A stretch of DNA of 64,000 nucleotides from an uncultured Rivularia sp. GTDB lineage: Bacteria > Cyanobacteriota > Cyanobacteriia > Cyanobacteriales > Nostocaceae. The position numbers were made by a program, and so were the translations under genes. The notes under the pieces were generated by a model, which did no database searches, was not told the origin of the DNA, and was given only the letters and a program-made list of their open reading frames with translations. The stretch spans positions 224,001 through 288,000 of the forward strand of contig OY762007.1 of the NCBI GenBank assembly GCA_963665115.1, read 5' to 3'. Shown here in pieces: positions 63,630 through 64,000 of the stretch; within the stretch, counting starts at the first letter, position 1, and each line of letters opens with the position of its first letter.

Positions 63630-64000
63630 ATGGCTAATCAAACAGAAAATCGTTTTCATTGGAGTCCAAAAATAATTTTCACTATTGCTTTTTTTGGATT
63701 TTTGTTTGGGCTATACTTCATATTCAACCGAAAACCGGCTCCGACTCCAGGATTGATGTCAGTATCTAAAATTTCTAGAGAAAAAGATGATTTAATCGGG
63801 AAATTTGTCACCATCAGAAGCAAACATATTGAAACACTTGGTCCTACTTCCTTTGCTGTAAAAAAGAGAAAGTTTTTAATTCAAAGCAAACCAGTTATTA
63901 TTATAAATGCATCGGGTAAAATATTCGATCTTCCAACTAATAAAGACACAGAGGTTCAAGTAACCGGTACGGTTCGTAAGTTAGATATACCCAAACTTGA
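63630..64000 (+). CDS. Partial paralog of the upstream OB-fold-like repeat protein (runs off window)
   Basis: Manual translation MANQTEN...TM...LIGKFVTIRS...GPTSFAV...IINASGK.F.LP...VQVTGTVR matches the 62755 repeat. Confidence 0.7.
   Translation, partial: MANQTENRFHWSPKIIFTIAFFGFLFGLYFIFNRKPAPTPGLMSVSKISREKDDLIGKFVTIRSKHIETLGPTSFAVKKRKFLIQSKPVIIINASGKIFDLPTNKDTEVQVTGTVRKLDIPKL

Overview
AT-rich DNA from a filamentous cyanobacterium. It is probably Nostocales, inferred from heptamer STRR-type arrays, HIP1 GCGATCGC sites and a four-REP ApcE. The left half is mostly housekeeping: yciH/SUI1, moaC, tRNA-Arg(ACG), apcE-apcA-apcB-apcC, a thioredoxin-CcdA-ECF sigma-anti-sigma module, the ATP synthase operon (atp1, a, c, b', b, delta, alpha, gamma) and tmRNA. 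Directly after tmRNA is a gene with two tandem His-Me-finger-like domains. The most unusual part is a ~20.5-kb accessory locus at 35.7-56.2 kb. There, a Ycf46-type AAA ATPase and two DUF1257 genes converge on a long minus-strand run holding an STM4011-STM4015-type cluster (two radical SAM enzymes, an alkaline-phosphatase-superfamily hydrolase, an ATP-grasp protein, LRR proteins), DUF2997, a TM-HTH-GrpE fusion and an atypical Hsp70. Six proteins in the locus share an N-terminal module of about 95 aa (QPxxYDAVLGG-x4-P-xxGAVLGGIEGVKRR plus a HEAT-like helical segment) fused to either WD40 or LRR domains, which looks like a set of interchangeable adaptors. Six single-base homopolymer insertions break genes, including the essential ATP synthase delta subunit, and are most likely sequencing errors. 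Two internally deleted pseudogenes (a GPH-family transporter and an HtrA-like protease) and several palindromic repeat families are present, some translated in frame inside genes. All family assignments come from motif recognition, not database searches.
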